Source of the DNA: Podarcis filfolensis
Taxonomy: Eukaryota
Assembly: GCA_964270895.1 (NCBI GenBank)
Contig: OZ185445.1
Strand: one strand, 5' to 3'
DNA: 64,000 bases
The notes under the pieces are model-generated. The model worked only from the letters and a program-made list of their open reading frames with translations, made no database searches and was not told where the DNA came from. Of the stretch, positions 14,085-27,229 are shown one piece after another; the first letter of the stretch is position 1; every line of letters begins with the position of its first letter. A program made the position numbers and the translations under genes.

Positions 14085-14309
14085 ATGTTGCTGGAATACC
14101 CATACCAAAAAATCTCAGTGGATATTCACTGATGCCCCTGGTATTGAAACAGGCAGAAGATAAATTCCCAACTAGAAAGCAACATCCTACTTGGATTCTG
14201 AGTGAATTCCATGGCTGCAATGTGAATTCTTCAACCTACATGCTGAGAACTGACAGATGGAAATACATAGCATACTCAGATGGTCGTTCAGTATCTCCTC
14301 AGCTGTTTG
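14085..14309 (+). CDS. ARSK: Arylsulfatase K, exon 7
   Basis: tttcag|AT GTT GCT...CTG TTT G|gtacg; WILSEFHGCNVNSSTYMLRTDRWKYIAYSDG; 225 nt. Confidence 0.96.
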
Positions 14310-14372
14310 GTACGTTTGCTACTTGATTAATGTACAGTCTGATCCTCTGTTCTGGTCCGCATGAGTATCATA

Positions 14373-14711
14373 AGGTAAAGGTAAAGGGGACCCCTGACCA
14401 TTAGGTCCAGTCGTGGCCGACTCGGGGGTTGCGGCGCTCATCTCGCTTTATTGGCCGAGGGAGCCAGCTTCCGGGTCATGTGGCCAGCATGACTAAGCTG
14501 CTTCTGGCGAACCAGAGCAGCACACAGAAACACCATTTACCTTCCCGCCGAAGCGGTACCTATTTATCTACTTGCACTTTGATGCGCTTTCGAACTGCTA
14601 GGTTGGCAGGAGCAGGGACCGAGCAACGGGAGCTCACCCCATCACGGGGATTCAAACCGCCGACCTTCTGATCAGCAAGTCCTAGGCTCTGTGGTTTAAC
14701 CCACAGCGCCA
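14373..14711 (-). mobile_element. Sauria-type SINE
   Basis: Body matches the family; 15-bp TSD CGCAYGAGTATCATA at 14358-14372 and 14712-14726. Confidence 0.88.
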
Positions 14712-16017
14712 CGCACGAGTATCATAGGGAGGCGCAAAGCAGTGTTGCATTAGCAGAACTATGTAGCTCCTGTCTTGAAGCAACACAAACTACCAGATGT
14801 ATGATTAATTGTTGCTGCATCATGTCTTGTATGGTTCACCAGAAGAGCAGAGAAGCAGTGTAGTAAAGTAGTAGTGATAGTAATTAGCACCCCATTATTC
14901 ATAAGGATCAGCACCCTCCTTTGCAACAACGCAAGTTTGTACAAACAAAATATGACAGTTAAATCAAAACACAGTTCTGCAGTCAATGCACTGCACTGTT
15001 GGAAACAGCAAATGTGCAGTCTGAAGACACTAGAATCACTGGCCAAAGTCTGAGACAGTTGTTTCTTTAATGTCTCAACTGCGCATAGCCCTGTCTGCTT
15101 AAACCCATAAACCTGGGTTTGAATTTGACCACTGAACTATGGTTCCTTCCTCTCAAATTGAACAATGTGGTCAGATGACTAGGCACCCGAGGTCCAAAAA
15201 GGTGCCACGCTGTAGTCTAGGCCTGGGTACATTACCAAAATCATCAAGGGAGCAACTCACCTATGAGGAGTAATGACATTTGAGGGTTTGGGGGGTTTGT
15301 TTGTTTGTTTAAGGTGAGTAAAGTGGCACATGAGAGAGGTATATAAAAGCATGCATGGTGTTGAGAAAGTGGAGGACGTTTTTCTTCCTCTCATAAAACT
15401 AGAACTTGGGACTATCCAATAAAGCTGAATGGTGAGAGTTTCGAGGGGAGGGAAAGGAGTATTTTTCCACGTAGCACATAGTTAATGGAATTTGTTACTG
15501 TGAGGTGTAGTGATGGCTGCCAACCCAGGTGGCTTTAAAAGGGGATTTCAAGGAAGATGAAGCTATGTAGCACCTCCAGTATCTAACACAGTATGGTCCT
15601 TCAGATGAAAGTTTCCCTTCTCCTGTTCTGTACAGGCTGGCAGGGGGCTTTCCTAGCCCAACCTACACTAGGGTAGTGTAGCCATTAGGGTGTTGGACTA
15701 AGATGTGGGAGACCAGGGTTCAAATCCCTTCTCAGATAGGAATCTTGCTGGGTGACCTTGGGCCAGGCACCATCTCTTAACCTCACCTACTTCACAGCTT
15801 TGTTGTGAGGATAATATGAAGATGGGAGAGCCATGTACACCACCTTGAGCTCCTTAGAGGAAAGCTGAGATATAAAAGCAAAATAATAATAATAAAATGA
15901 ATACTGGGGATTGAAATTGGGAGACCTTCTGCATGCCAAACAAATGCTCCAGTGCTGCGCTACTCCTTTTTTTCAAGTTCAGACTCATTAATTTGTCTTA
16001 ATCGTTCTTTGTTGCAG

Positions 16018-16298
16018 ATCTCTCTGCCGATCCAGATGAACTAACAAATGTAGCAACCAAGTTTCCAGAGATCACACAGTATTTGAACAAAAAACTCTAC
16101 TCCATCGTTGATTATCCCAAAGTCTCTGCCTCTGTTGAACAGTACAACAAACAGGAGTTTATCAACTGGAAACAAAGTTTAGGACAAAACTATTCTGATA
16201 CCTTAGCTAACCTGAGGTGGCACCAGAACTGGAAGAAGGACCCAAAGAAGTACGAGGATGCAATTGATAGATGGATTAAAGAGAAGACAATTGTGTGA
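16018..16298 (+). CDS. ARSK: Arylsulfatase K, last coding exon
   Basis: ttgcag|AT CTC TCT GCC GAT CCA GAT GAA...TGA; DLSADPDELTNVA...YPKVSASVEQYNKQEF...LRWHQNW. Confidence 0.96.
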
Positions 16299-17521
16299 AA
16301 TGTCTTCAGAAAGTGAGAATGGACAATCTGCTCCTGAATGTAAAGAGGCAGTGTGGGTGCAATAAGCAGTCACCTCTTACTGCAACAGATACTGAAATGG
16401 GACGTGGGGTCAGATGCTATCCTCGTCCCTCCCATTTCCTGACACAAATCCACTCTGCTAAGCTATAAATACTAGCTAGCCCCAGTTGCCTGTTAACCAG
16501 GATTTGCTAGCCAGCTTCAGAACCTGATTTCAACTCTGGTTAAGAATCCCTGCTAAGTGACCTGTGATTAACATGGATGTTGATATAATGGCCTTATTGG
16601 GACATAATGTTAAATTATGGTTGTTAGCAAGAGCCTTGTCTGCACTTCCCATCTCCCTTCTCCTCTGGCACAGCCACAAAGGGGATATCAAAATCTTTTC
16701 CTTCCATTTTTAACCACAGTTTACCATTATGTTCAAACCTCAGCAAATGGTGTTTAGTCTCAACTATGGTTCAAAGAAACCAACCAAAGTCAAGCTGCAT
16801 TTTGTGAATGTGATATCACACTGGGCCCTGCCAAGACTTGGAAAAGTATTCTGCCAGCAAAGTCCCTGAGCTAAGGATACCCTAGGGGATAAATGGAAAC
16901 CGCCACCCCTCCACCATCTCTATCACTGATAAGAAGCCCTTAACAACCAGGGAAAATCTCACCATGCCTGTGTCCAGAGGTTGCTCTAGAAGGACTCTTG
17001 AGGTGGGTTCCCAACTCATCCCCCTTTAGAGGGGGAGACCGAACCATCTCCCAGCCCTAGAGAGCATAGAGCCCAGAAAGTCCATGTTTGGGCATCTACC
17101 TACCAAAAAAGTACATGTCTGATAGTCCAAAATTACAGAGCTACTCATAGTAAGGGGTCTTGGGTGAAGTGTGGGAGACCAGACTATAGAAGCTGCTGGA
17201 ACAGCACATATTGAAATCTAGGTTCAAATCTCTTTTGAACCACCTTGTCTATTCTGCCATGCCTTTTGACCGATGTCCTCTGTTGCTGGCTTCTACTTAG
17301 ATCCTGCCTTTAGAGCTAGGCTTGTTGATGGAGTGCTTTTATTGTGCTTTGGCATGGTCTATACCTTGACTTCAGTCTGCTTTTCACCTAGTTGCAGGAG
17401 CAGACAGGGCTACCCCAGCCTCTCCCTAAGAACTAAGCCCTGACATGGTTGGAGCAGGACAATTTGCTTGTTTCCCTAAACCTTTGTTAAGATTAATCAG
17501 AGTTTTGGTTTTGGACAAAGC

Positions 17522-17527
17522 AATAAA
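17522..17527 (+). terminator. Candidate ARSK polyadenylation signal AATAAA
   Basis: AATAAA about 1.2 kb downstream of the ARSK stop; use not verifiable from DNA alone. Confidence 0.3.
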
Positions 17528-18949
17528 AAGCAGTCAACAGAAAACAGAAGCAAAAGATGCTTATTACATCTGCACTAGCCCCAAGACTATACTTTTTCAG
17601 GTGGAAAAGTATATACTGTAGTGGCTAGGACTTAGCTGTGAATTAGGAATTCTCAGGTTTCATTCTTGTCACTGCCATGAACTTACTAGGTGCCTTAGAC
17701 AAGCCACTCTTTCTCCGCTGTTGCCTGCAATATGGGGAATAATCGGTGGCTTACCATACAGTGTTGTAAGGATAACTATTAGATGCATGTAAAACACTCT
17801 GAAAGCACTATACACATTTGTATTACTATACTTGGAGTAGCAAGTATAGTATTTGCAGTGCCCTAACTGGAGTGGCTAACCTTTGGGCTTCCATATGTTA
17901 TTGAAAACCACATCCGATCAGCCCCAGCCAATATGGTTCATAGTCAGGGATGATGGGAATTGGAGTCCAACAGCATCCACAGGGTACTTTGTAAGCTACC
18001 GTATTCTTGCCCTAAAAGTATTAATTTTGTGAGTGAGTTTGTGTTCTAACTGGATTTTTCTTGGTCAGAACACAACATTTCAAAGTGCAGTATTAAGAGT
18101 TTAGGGCTGAACAAGGGCAAGCACATCTGTTCAGGCTCCCTCCAGGTGATCCATTTGCATTCATCCTGATTTGTTTGCACAAAGCTTATAGAAAGGTTAG
18201 ATTATACCTAGTCTTTATTGAGCATTCATCCTCCATTTTGCTTGTGGTTATGTTTACATGGAATCATTTGTTCACCCTCCACTTTTCGGTGCATTTTTCT
18301 GTCACTTTAAAACCACCAAGAGTCTTGAGTTTTTTAAAAAGTGGATTTGTTGCACAAGAGCAACATAACGCTTTAACCCACCTTAAATGTAGAAACCTGA
18401 AGTTCTGGTATGCATTTGAATTCCTCCCACAAAACAGCGAGTCTGGCAATGCCCTCAGTTACTACTGAACACAAAAGAGATACATGCAATTTTAGGTCCC
18501 CACCATACCGATGCCATTTGTGACTAATGATTGTATGATATGGTCCTGAATTCCTTTGGGTTAATGGTTTGTGTAGTAATTTACAAGTGGGTTTTTTAAC
18601 ACACACACACCCGCCCCCGCTGAATGAAGTTAGTATTATGGTGGTGGTTAACATTGTGTGGGGTAATGTTAGATTCATCTACACTTCCTTCTTATTCTTC
18701 TAAGGGCTTGCAGCTATTAAAAACCACTGTTTTCTTTTACTGTATTGCATAAGCCTTTTAAGTATTGTTTAACCTTCATGCAACACACTCCAGATACTTG
18801 TCTGGGTATACCAACACGGCTTGCATTTGCACTTTTAAGTGTGAGCAGCATATGTTGTTTCATTTGGTCTAAATATCCAAGAGATTTGCATGCAGATTTT
18901 TGCTACTCAAATATGTTATATCTCCCTAGCAACCGTTGTCCTTTCCATT

Positions 18950-18981
<32 letters not shown>

Positions 18982-21657
18982 CTAGTACCCTTTCCTCCAA
19001 GCAAATGAAAGGGCAAAGAATAAGAAGAAACTCAGAATAATCTGGATCTTCTCTCTAGCGCAGTGGGAAAAACTAGTTTCTTTCCCTGCCCCCACCAAAC
19101 CCCAATGTATTGGAACTGAGAAGTTTAAAACGAAGAAAGATGGTATTTGTGTATGCAAATATCATCATATTTCCCTCAAATGCTGAACATGAGTGGTCCC
19201 ATTGCCTATCAGTTTGCAAGCAAAAAGGAGCCATCCAAAAACAAGGTAGTGGGGTTTTTTATATATCTACTTTGGGAACTCCCCAGACAAGCAGAAGTGT
19301 TTTAGTTTGTACATTAAAATAAGATTAAACAAAAATATCCTGCTATGAACCTGTGCTTGATAGCCTCCAAGACCTACATGTGGAGGCTGAGGTTGATCTG
19401 GAAGCTGCAGCTGGAGCAGAATACAGTGGCCAGTCTCGTGAATGGAGCAGCCTAGCATCAGCATATAACACCCTTGCTGTAAGAACTTTATTGGCTGCCC
19501 GTATGCTACACATTTGAGATTGCCTTATGAAATTAAAAACAACAGCCCCAAACTCCTCTCCCAGCATTAAATGGTTTCAGCAGGAATCCTAGAATTGCAG
19601 AGTTGGGGGGGACCCTGAAGGAAAAGGGAAAACGAGTTTTGCCTTATCCTGCTGCAGAAATATACCCCCATTACTCTCAGAAAATGCTTGCATTTGAGGC
19701 TAACATTCCCCTGCAAACTGCAGACAGCACCACCAGCTCCTGTTGCAGATGGCTTGGAAATCCTGAACAACAGAACTTCTGTCATGGGTTAATGATGAAG
19801 TGCCCCTTTTTTGTGTGCTCCTACTTTTTAATCTTTTGTTACACAAGCTACACAACATCTTTGTGTTTTTTCCCAAACGAAAGCTAGTGGGACACTGGGC
19901 TATTACTGATTTAAGCAATGCTGCCTCTGAAGGGAGCAATAGGACAGGATGCTGGAATTCATTTCAGCATTAATAAACAGCTTGGGCTGTGTTCAGACAA
20001 GCACTTGTTGCATTTGATTTTATTTCACTCCCTCTGTTCTATTACAATTTGCTTACATGTATCCTGTGCATACATCCTTGCTTGTCCTGGAATTGTTGGG
20101 TTCATTATTTGTTTATAAATGCTAATTTCCTTAATTGAACCCATGCACACCCAAATATCATTTTATATAGTGTGCAAGGGACCAACTGTACAAAAGCTTC
20201 AACCTTTTTACTGAGAAACAGACTTTTTATGTGAAAAGGGAGTGGAGTACCCAGAACATAGACATATTATCAACTCCTTGCGCTATTTTCTAGAGCAAAT
20301 TATGCAAAAAATAAAATCCACCTGCTGGAATGAACTCTACTATTATGTGAGAAAAGAGAACAGAATATTAACTATCAAAGGTGAAAGTAATTATACTCCT
20401 TTAGAAACTACTGCAATTGTAGATTATCAGTCAGGGGTACTTATATATGACATTTATTTGCACCTGTTACAAGACCACATATTTTTGCATACTTGCCACT
20501 AATGCCCACTTAGAAAGGAACTACATTTGCATAAAGCATTCTTAAAAGCCTTTCAGTTTTGCAAGTTACATTTTGTACCTGCTGATTTTTCTCAACCTCT
20601 GCCCACAAGTCACTGGCAGCTTTCATTACAGCTTATATGCTAATCAGACCAATCGTACTGAACAGAAAAGACAATTACCATATGCTTCATATACAAAATG
20701 TCTAATATTAAGTTCACTTGCACTGATTGTGTGGAATATGACAAAATTAAGAAAGGCAGTATATACGGTCAGTTTGCATAGCAAAAGCAGTCCTTATTTT
20801 TGCCCCTTTCTCTTGAAAAGGGACAGAATCTGTGGCAATGGAATTTGAAAATAACACACCTGAAAATTGCTGTGATGGGTGAAAGCAACAGATTATGCAG
20901 AACCCCGTTGTTGACAAACCTAACAAAATGATTGTGCTAAAACCACATTGTGCAAGTCCTGTCATAAGTTATGGAGTGCAATGAATTGAACAAAACTTCA
21001 GGAAGTTTAAAACATTTGGCTGTTACCATGTCCAAGCTAAGCCCATTTACTTGGAAACAAGTCCCTACATTCCCAGCAAGGGCTTAAAATAGCAGCTATA
21101 TCTGAAATGGTCAAATAGAATTTCCTGGCCCTTCTGGGATTCCTTGATTTGGAAGAGGGTCATGGCTTCATAATCGATCAAACTAAGCAAGGGTCACAAG
21201 TGCTCCAGATTCACAGCCAAATTTCAGTAATGGGTCAGCGCTGTGAAGTGTGAAGTATTAATTAAGGTTCTTGAGCAAGTGCAGAGTGCGTTTTCCACAC
21301 TGGAGTAGGCAGTAGCCCTCAGAATTCCGGTGTTAAGATGGGAGTCTCCCAGATTTGAGCAAGTGAGCAGCCCACAGGAAAAGAGCACCTAGTGTGCTTG
21401 AGGTGGGCGTTATAATAATTTGTCATTTCTCTTTTGCCTTTTTGTCTTCCTCCTTGGGTACTTCCCAGGCCAGATATGGCAAATCGGCTGCTGAGACATC
21501 CCCAAGGGATTGCGGTAACAGAGGTCGTGGGGTGTGTAGGTGTTAAACGTCGGATTTCCCCAGGAATATCCGGGTTAAATGAGTCAAAAATAGTTGTTGA
21601 CAATGTCCTGGGGATACTGCAAAAACGTTCGGTGCCTGCAATCCCACAAGAAACTGT

Positions 21658-23001
21658 TTAGAAGCCGCTTTCGCAAGCGGCGGAGAGCGGCTTCTCACCC
21701 TCCTCGAGGTGGACGACCGTGGAGACGGTGGGCGGCTTGGTCTGGCAAGGGCACAGCCAGCGTCCAGGGCGCTCAACAGCCGCTTGCGGCGGCGGCGGGC
21801 GATGCCGGTGGCGAGCCCGCCGTCGGGGCTGCCCGTCGGGGCAGCGGCACAGCCTGCGCTGGAGGCGCCGCGCCCACGGGCCGTGGCTGTGGAACAAGAG
21901 GCACACGTAGGGGTTGAGGGCGCTGTTGGTGGCCGCCATGATGCTCCCCAGGGCCGCCCGCGCTTCGTCGCCGCCCTCGGAGGAGGCGAAGGCCAAGGCG
22001 AGCTCCAGGAGAAAGCGCGGGAAGCCGCAGAGCGCGAACAGCGTGGCCAGCGCCAGCGTCAGCTGCAGCGCCCGGGCCCGCGCGCGGGGCAGGCTCCGCG
22101 GCGCAGGCGGCGAGGGCAGCGCGCACTTGGCGACGGGCAGGAGCCGCAGCAAGAGCGGCGGAGGCGGGCGAGGAGCGGCGGAGGCGCCGGGAAGCTCCGC
22201 GCCGTAGTGGCGGGCGCTGCCCGCTGCCCCCCGCGACGGCTCGGCGTCGTCGTAGTCGTCCTTGGCGCCGGGTGCGCCGCCGAGCCCGCTGAGGATGCGG
22301 CCGCAGGTCCCGCCCAGGAGGCAGGCGGGCGCCACGAAGCCCGCGACGGCCCAGTACACGGCGTAGGTCTGGCCGTGCCAGCGGGGCCGCTGCGCGAAGA
22401 TGCTGAGGCAACGGCCCCCGGCCTCGGGAGGCGCCAGCCGATAGACGAAGGCTTGCGGCAAGGCGAGCAGCAGCGCCAGCAGCCAGCCCAGCGCAGCCAA
22501 AGCGCCCCGGGCGGGCAAGAAAGAGAGCGGCGGGTGCGCGGGGCCCGTCACCATGTGGTGCCGCTCGATCGCGATCAGGACGAGCATGTGCGAGGGCGCC
22601 AGCAGCCCGGAGCCTTGCAGGAGCCACAGGAGGCGGCAAGTGGCGTCCCCTGCAGGCCACGCCGCTTGCCCCGGCTCCACGTCGGCCGGCGGAAGCTGGG
22701 AGAGCAGCACCAGCCCGCACCCGTAGAGGTCGGCGATGGCCAAGTGCGCCAGCAGGAAATCCATCTTGCGCCGCCGTCCGAAGCGGGCCCCGCAGCAGCA
22801 CCCTCCGCAGCGCAGCCTGTGCAAGAGCAAGCCGTTGCCCACCAGCGCCAGCAGCAGGATCGCGCCCGCCGACAGGGTACGCGCGCTAGGCTGCCCCAGA
22901 GTAGCCCCGGGGGACGAAAGGTTCAAGTTCCACCCGGGAATCGCGATGCCGGATAAGTTGGGTCCGACGGCAAGGCTGTCCGGGTTGAACGTGTCTTCCA
23001 T
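21658..23001 (-). CDS. GPR150: Intronless class A orphan GPCR GPR150 (447 aa)
   Basis: ATG at 23001 in strong Kozak context (gctgccATGG). Seven hydrophobic segments with class A hallmarks GNxL (TM1), LAIAD (TM2), IERH (DRY-like), NSALNP (TM7); single exon, very GC-rich. Lies between ARSK and RFESD, as human GPR150 does. Confidence 0.9.
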   Translation of the reverse strand: MEDTFNPDSLAVGPNLSGIAIPGWNLNLSSPGATLGQPSARTLSAGAILLLALVGNGLLLHRLRCGGCCCGARFGRRRKMDFLLAHLAIADLYGCGLVLLSQLPPADVEPGQAAWPAGDATCRLLWLLQGSGLLAPSHMLVLIAIERHHMVTGPAHPPLSFLPARGALAALGWLLALLLALPQAFVYRLAPPEAGGRCLSIFAQRPRWHGQTYAVYWAVAGFVAPACLLGGTCGRILSGLGGAPGAKDDYDDAEPSRGAAGSARHYGAELPGASAAPRPPPPLLLRLLPVAKCALPSPPAPRSLPRARARALQLTLALATLFALCGFPRFLLELALAFASSEGGDEARAALGSIMAATNSALNPYVCLLFHSHGPWARRLQRRLCRCPDGQPRRRARHRHRPPPPQAAVERPGRWLCPCQTKPPTVSTVVHLEEGEKPLSAACESGF

Positions 23002-23730
23002 GGCAGCGAGGATTGTGCACGGGTGCCCTCGGCAGCATATATAGGGGCTCTGCCTGTCACCTGTCACTCACCGTGGGTGGGCGCACCAGGCTGCAGCCAT
23101 CGCGCCTGTGTGCTCTGCCCACTCCTCAGCCCATCTCGCCCTCCCCTCCAATTCAGCGGTTGCAGTCGTCTTGAGCGGAGTCAGGGTCTCTTCATTGTCA
23201 CATTTTCCACAGACGCCTCCCGAAAGCACACGCCTTTCGCAGCTAAATACCGGCGATCAATTCTCACTAAACGAAAAAGATCGGTTCCCGGCTCCCCTCT
23301 GTAGAAGGCAGCATCAATTCACTGTTGTTTTCCCAAAGGGGTTCATATCTAGCTTGAATGTGCTAGAAAACCTGTTGCAAGGAAAGCACAAACAAATCCT
23401 GCAGTATTAGAAAAGCCCAGGAGTCTTGCCACTGACGCCACCAAGAACAGACTGCATATTCTTCATAACCTTATCAAAGCTAGAATCGTCTTGTGCCCCC
23501 TGCAGTAGTTTGATGTACAGAAATTGTTAAGCTTTTCACAGCATCAACACTTATCAGCTGATGTCTGCACATCAAGCTGCTGTTATAGGCATAGCTATAG
23601 TGGGCAGGTAAATAGCTGACAACTGTGAAACTCACAGATGCAGATTAAACAGCCAGAAACTATTGCTCCTGATTTCCATACTTCCTACAGTGCTTCTGTG
23701 GTATTTTCACAGCTTTTGCCCCAACTTGGT

Positions 23731-24884
23731 TTGTTGTTTAGTGACCCCATGGACCAGAGCATGCCAGGAACTCCTGTCTTCCACTGCCTCCCGCAGTTTG
23801 GTCAAATTCATGTTCGCAGCTTTGAGAATACTATCCAACCATCTCATCCTCTGTTGTCCCCTTCTCCTTGTGCTCTCAATCTTTCCCAACATCAGGGTCT
23901 TTTCCAGGGAGTCTTCTCTTCCCATGAGGTGGCCAAAGTATTGGAAACTCAGCTTCACGATCTGTCCTTCCAGTGAGCACTCAGGGCGGATTTCCTTAAG
24001 AATGGATACGTTTGATCTTCTTGCAGTCCATGGGACTCTCAAGAGTCTCCTCCAGCACCATAATACAAAAGCATCAATTCTTCGGCGATCAGCCTTCTTT
24101 ATGGTCCAGCTCTCACTTCCATACATCACTACTGGGAAAACCATAGCTTTAACTATACGGACCTTTGTTGGCAAGGTGATGTCTCTGCTTTTTAAGATGC
24201 TGTCTAGGTTTGTCATTGCTTTTCTCCCAAGAAGCAGGCGTCTTTTAATTTCGTGGCTGCTGTCACCATCTGCAGTGATCAGGAAGCCCAAGAAAGTAAA
24301 ATCTCTCACTGCCTCCATTTCTTCCCCTTCTATTTGCCAGGAGATGATGGGACCAGTGGCCATGATCTTCGTTTTTTTGATGTTGAGCTTCAAACCATAT
24401 TTTGCGCTCTCCTCTTTCACCCTCATTAAAAGGTTCTTTAATTCCTCCTCACTTTCTGCCATCAAGGTTGTGTCATCTGCATATCTGAGGTTGTTGATAT
24501 TTCTTCCAGCAATCTTAATTCTGGCTAGGGATTCATGGAGCCCAGCCTTTCGCATGATGAATTTTGCATATAAGTTAAATTAAACAGGGAGACAATTTAC
24601 AGCCTTGTCGTACTCCTTTCCCAGTTTTGACCCAATCAGTTGTTCCATATCCAGTTCTAACTGTAGCTTCTTGTCCCACATAGAGATTTCTCAGGAGACA
24701 GATGAGGTGATCAGGCACTCCCATTTCTTTAAGAACTTGCCATAGTTTGCTGTGGTCAACACAGTCAAAGGCTTTTGCATAGTCACGACCTGGCCATCTT
24801 GGGTGCCCTGCACAGCATAGTTCATAGCTTCTCTGAGTTATTCAAGCCCCTTCGCCACGGCAAGGCAGTGATCCATGAAGGGGG
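23731..24884 (-). mobile_element. BovB (RTE clade) LINE, internally deleted, 10-bp TSD CCAACTTGGT
   Basis: ORF 23707-24555 gives IKIAGRNINNLRYADDTTLMAESEEELK, typical BovB RT. (CAA)-type tail. TSD at 23721-23730 and 24885-24894. A +1 frameshift lies near 24580. Confidence 0.92.
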
Positions 24885-27046
24885 CCAACTTGGTAGAAAG
24901 GGGAAATGAGACCAGCAAAACGTCTTCTCCATTCTTCCCTTGGAGAATAGGAACAAATGAACTAACTAAGATGCAGACCCACAATTTGTGGCACATTAAC
25001 AGCTGACAAGTGTATTGAGGCATAGATATTTGTAAACTAGAGCCCTCTTCATCAAACAGGAAACATGTTTTTTTAAGGTGCTGCCACCTTGCTCAGACTA
25101 AGCAGATCTGAGTCTGCTCAGTCCTGGATGCAAGACTGCCTGTGTATTCTGGCTTAAGTTCCATGGTGCAAGAAAGATGGAATATAAATGTGTTTTTTCT
25201 TGTGTAGCCAAACACAGTTACCTTCCCCCTGAATTTTTTTAAAAAATCCTAAAGAACAACAACAACAAAAAGCCTAAATGATCAGGTGACTTTACAGAGG
25301 TCCTTGGGGAGAGTAGCTCAATCACTTGGGAGGGGGGACACAAAGAGGCTGATTGACTGTCATTGTGTTATGTGGTATTTTTTTATTAATTAAAACAACC
25401 CATACACACATACACAGCTAAACCTGTTTACAAATCCTGTTCAACCAAAAGCGATTCTTTGCCATGATAGTTTGGAAAGTTGTATCCTGTTGGAAGGCAT
25501 ATGCTATGATTTACAATAATTTTTTCCTGCATCTTTTAATTATAAAGAATTGCCGCAGAAAGGTTGGCCACAGATTAATACTGCATGAATGTACTTGTAT
25601 TTTTATTGCAAAGGATAAATCTTTCTCCTACACCAAGGCATTTCTAATATGATTTCTACCAGATGGTACTTCTTTATAAGTACGCCCCCATCAGAAATGA
25701 ATCAGAAATGGTAGAAAAGCATCCAAGGTTTTCATCTTCAAATAAAGAAAATAATCAAAAAATGAAGATTTAGAAATAATCCTTGTTGTTTAAACAACAA
25801 AAAAATTCTGCTTGTGTTATTTTAAAATTTGCTACTACTTTTTTCTGTTCATTTTTTGGCAACTTTTTTATATTACTATTTCATTTTTGACCCTCAAAAC
25901 ATTGATATAGGTTGAGCCTGAAATCAGTGAAGCCGACTTGTAATCAGTGAGTTTGGATTGTAAGGCAAAAGTCTGATTCCATCTGAACTCAATGGCTTCT
26001 AGCCATAATGGCTACTATAGTGCTGTGGAACCAGTGGCCCAGTCCTTCAGACCTCTCTGCCCGGTCCTATGGACCCTCCCCATGTCCTCAGGTCACATCC
26101 ATCCCCACCAGCTGTGCTCTGTACCCTTGTCTAGTGCTTTGGGCATGTCTGAAACATGTTCTTAAATTGTGGCAATGCCTCTTGCTTGCCTGGATGGAGA
26201 GATATGTGCAGGTGTGTAGAAGCATCTGGCTTTTATGTGGCCGCACTGTAGACAACTGTACAAAGTTAAAGAGTTACCTCTGTTGCTCTGCCCACTTTTG
26301 CCTCTGGCCCCAACCACCACATGATTGCGGAGGAGGGGATGCAACCCCTCTTCTACCCACTCCTCCACCCATGGGCGTAGCCAGGATATATGGTGGGGGG
26401 AGCAGGACACTCACCTGTCATCATCCTCTGTCTAGCGCTGTCCCTCAGTCGGGTTGCCAGTTGCGTTGCTAGAATGCACCACAGCATCATCCAAGTGACC
26501 TCAGTGAGCATTTCAATTTCATTCTAATTATTTCTACTTGTTTGTTTGTTTGGGGGAGCTGTTGTTCCCTGTCCCTGGCTATGCTCATGCCCTCCATCCT
26601 TTGTGCTGCTCCTCAAGTGTGATCGGGGCTGGATTTAGGTTTGATGAGGCCTTAGCTGCTGAAGGTAATGGGGCCCTTTATACGTCCAGCTCTCCTTTGT
26701 CAACAACAAATTGTCATGGTTTTGTCTGAACAAAATGCTTGTTTAACCTGGAGGTAGGCTGTATGAATTGTGTATTGCTTTGTAACGATTTGTTGGGTCT
26801 CTGGACCGTAATAAAGATTGTTGTTGTTGTATATATGCTATATGGTCATTTATGTAGATTTTATTTTATTTTATTTTATCTTAGATTTCAGAAATGTACA
26901 TCCAGTTCTCCCCCCTTTACATTTTTTGGGGGCCCCCAAGGGAGTGGGGCCCTAAGCTATAGCTTGTTTAGCTTATACATAAATCTGGCACGGAGTACGA
27001 TGAAGAGTTCTGGAGTACTTCTCAAGTTTGCTTAGGACCTCATTGC

Positions 27047-27080
<34 letters not shown>

Positions 27081-27229
27081 TACGTACAGGTGGCCTAATG
27101 ATTGCATTACCATATGGTGTCTCTTTATTATTTTCCCCCAACGCTTTCCTGGCTTTCCTAACAGCGCAGCCCTTCGCATATTAGCTCAGAAGTACGTTCC
27201 GCTTAGTGGGAATGGACTGCTCTCTCCTC

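Noticed and set aside
21709-22956. Long overlapping ORFs of 415 aa (+) and 342 aa (-) over GPR150
   Set aside because: Shadow frames of a very GC-rich CDS with few stop codons; low-complexity Arg/Ala/Gly/Pro products with no recognisable domain.
23002-23067. 22-codon N-terminal extension of GPR150 in the ORF track
   Set aside because: It starts at GTG; the ATG at 23001 has an ideal Kozak context. The same applies to the GTG-started extension of CPT2-like exon 1 (59961-60020).
23663-24583. 306-aa plus-strand ORF
   Set aside because: Antisense frame of the BovB reverse transcriptase, a common feature of this element.
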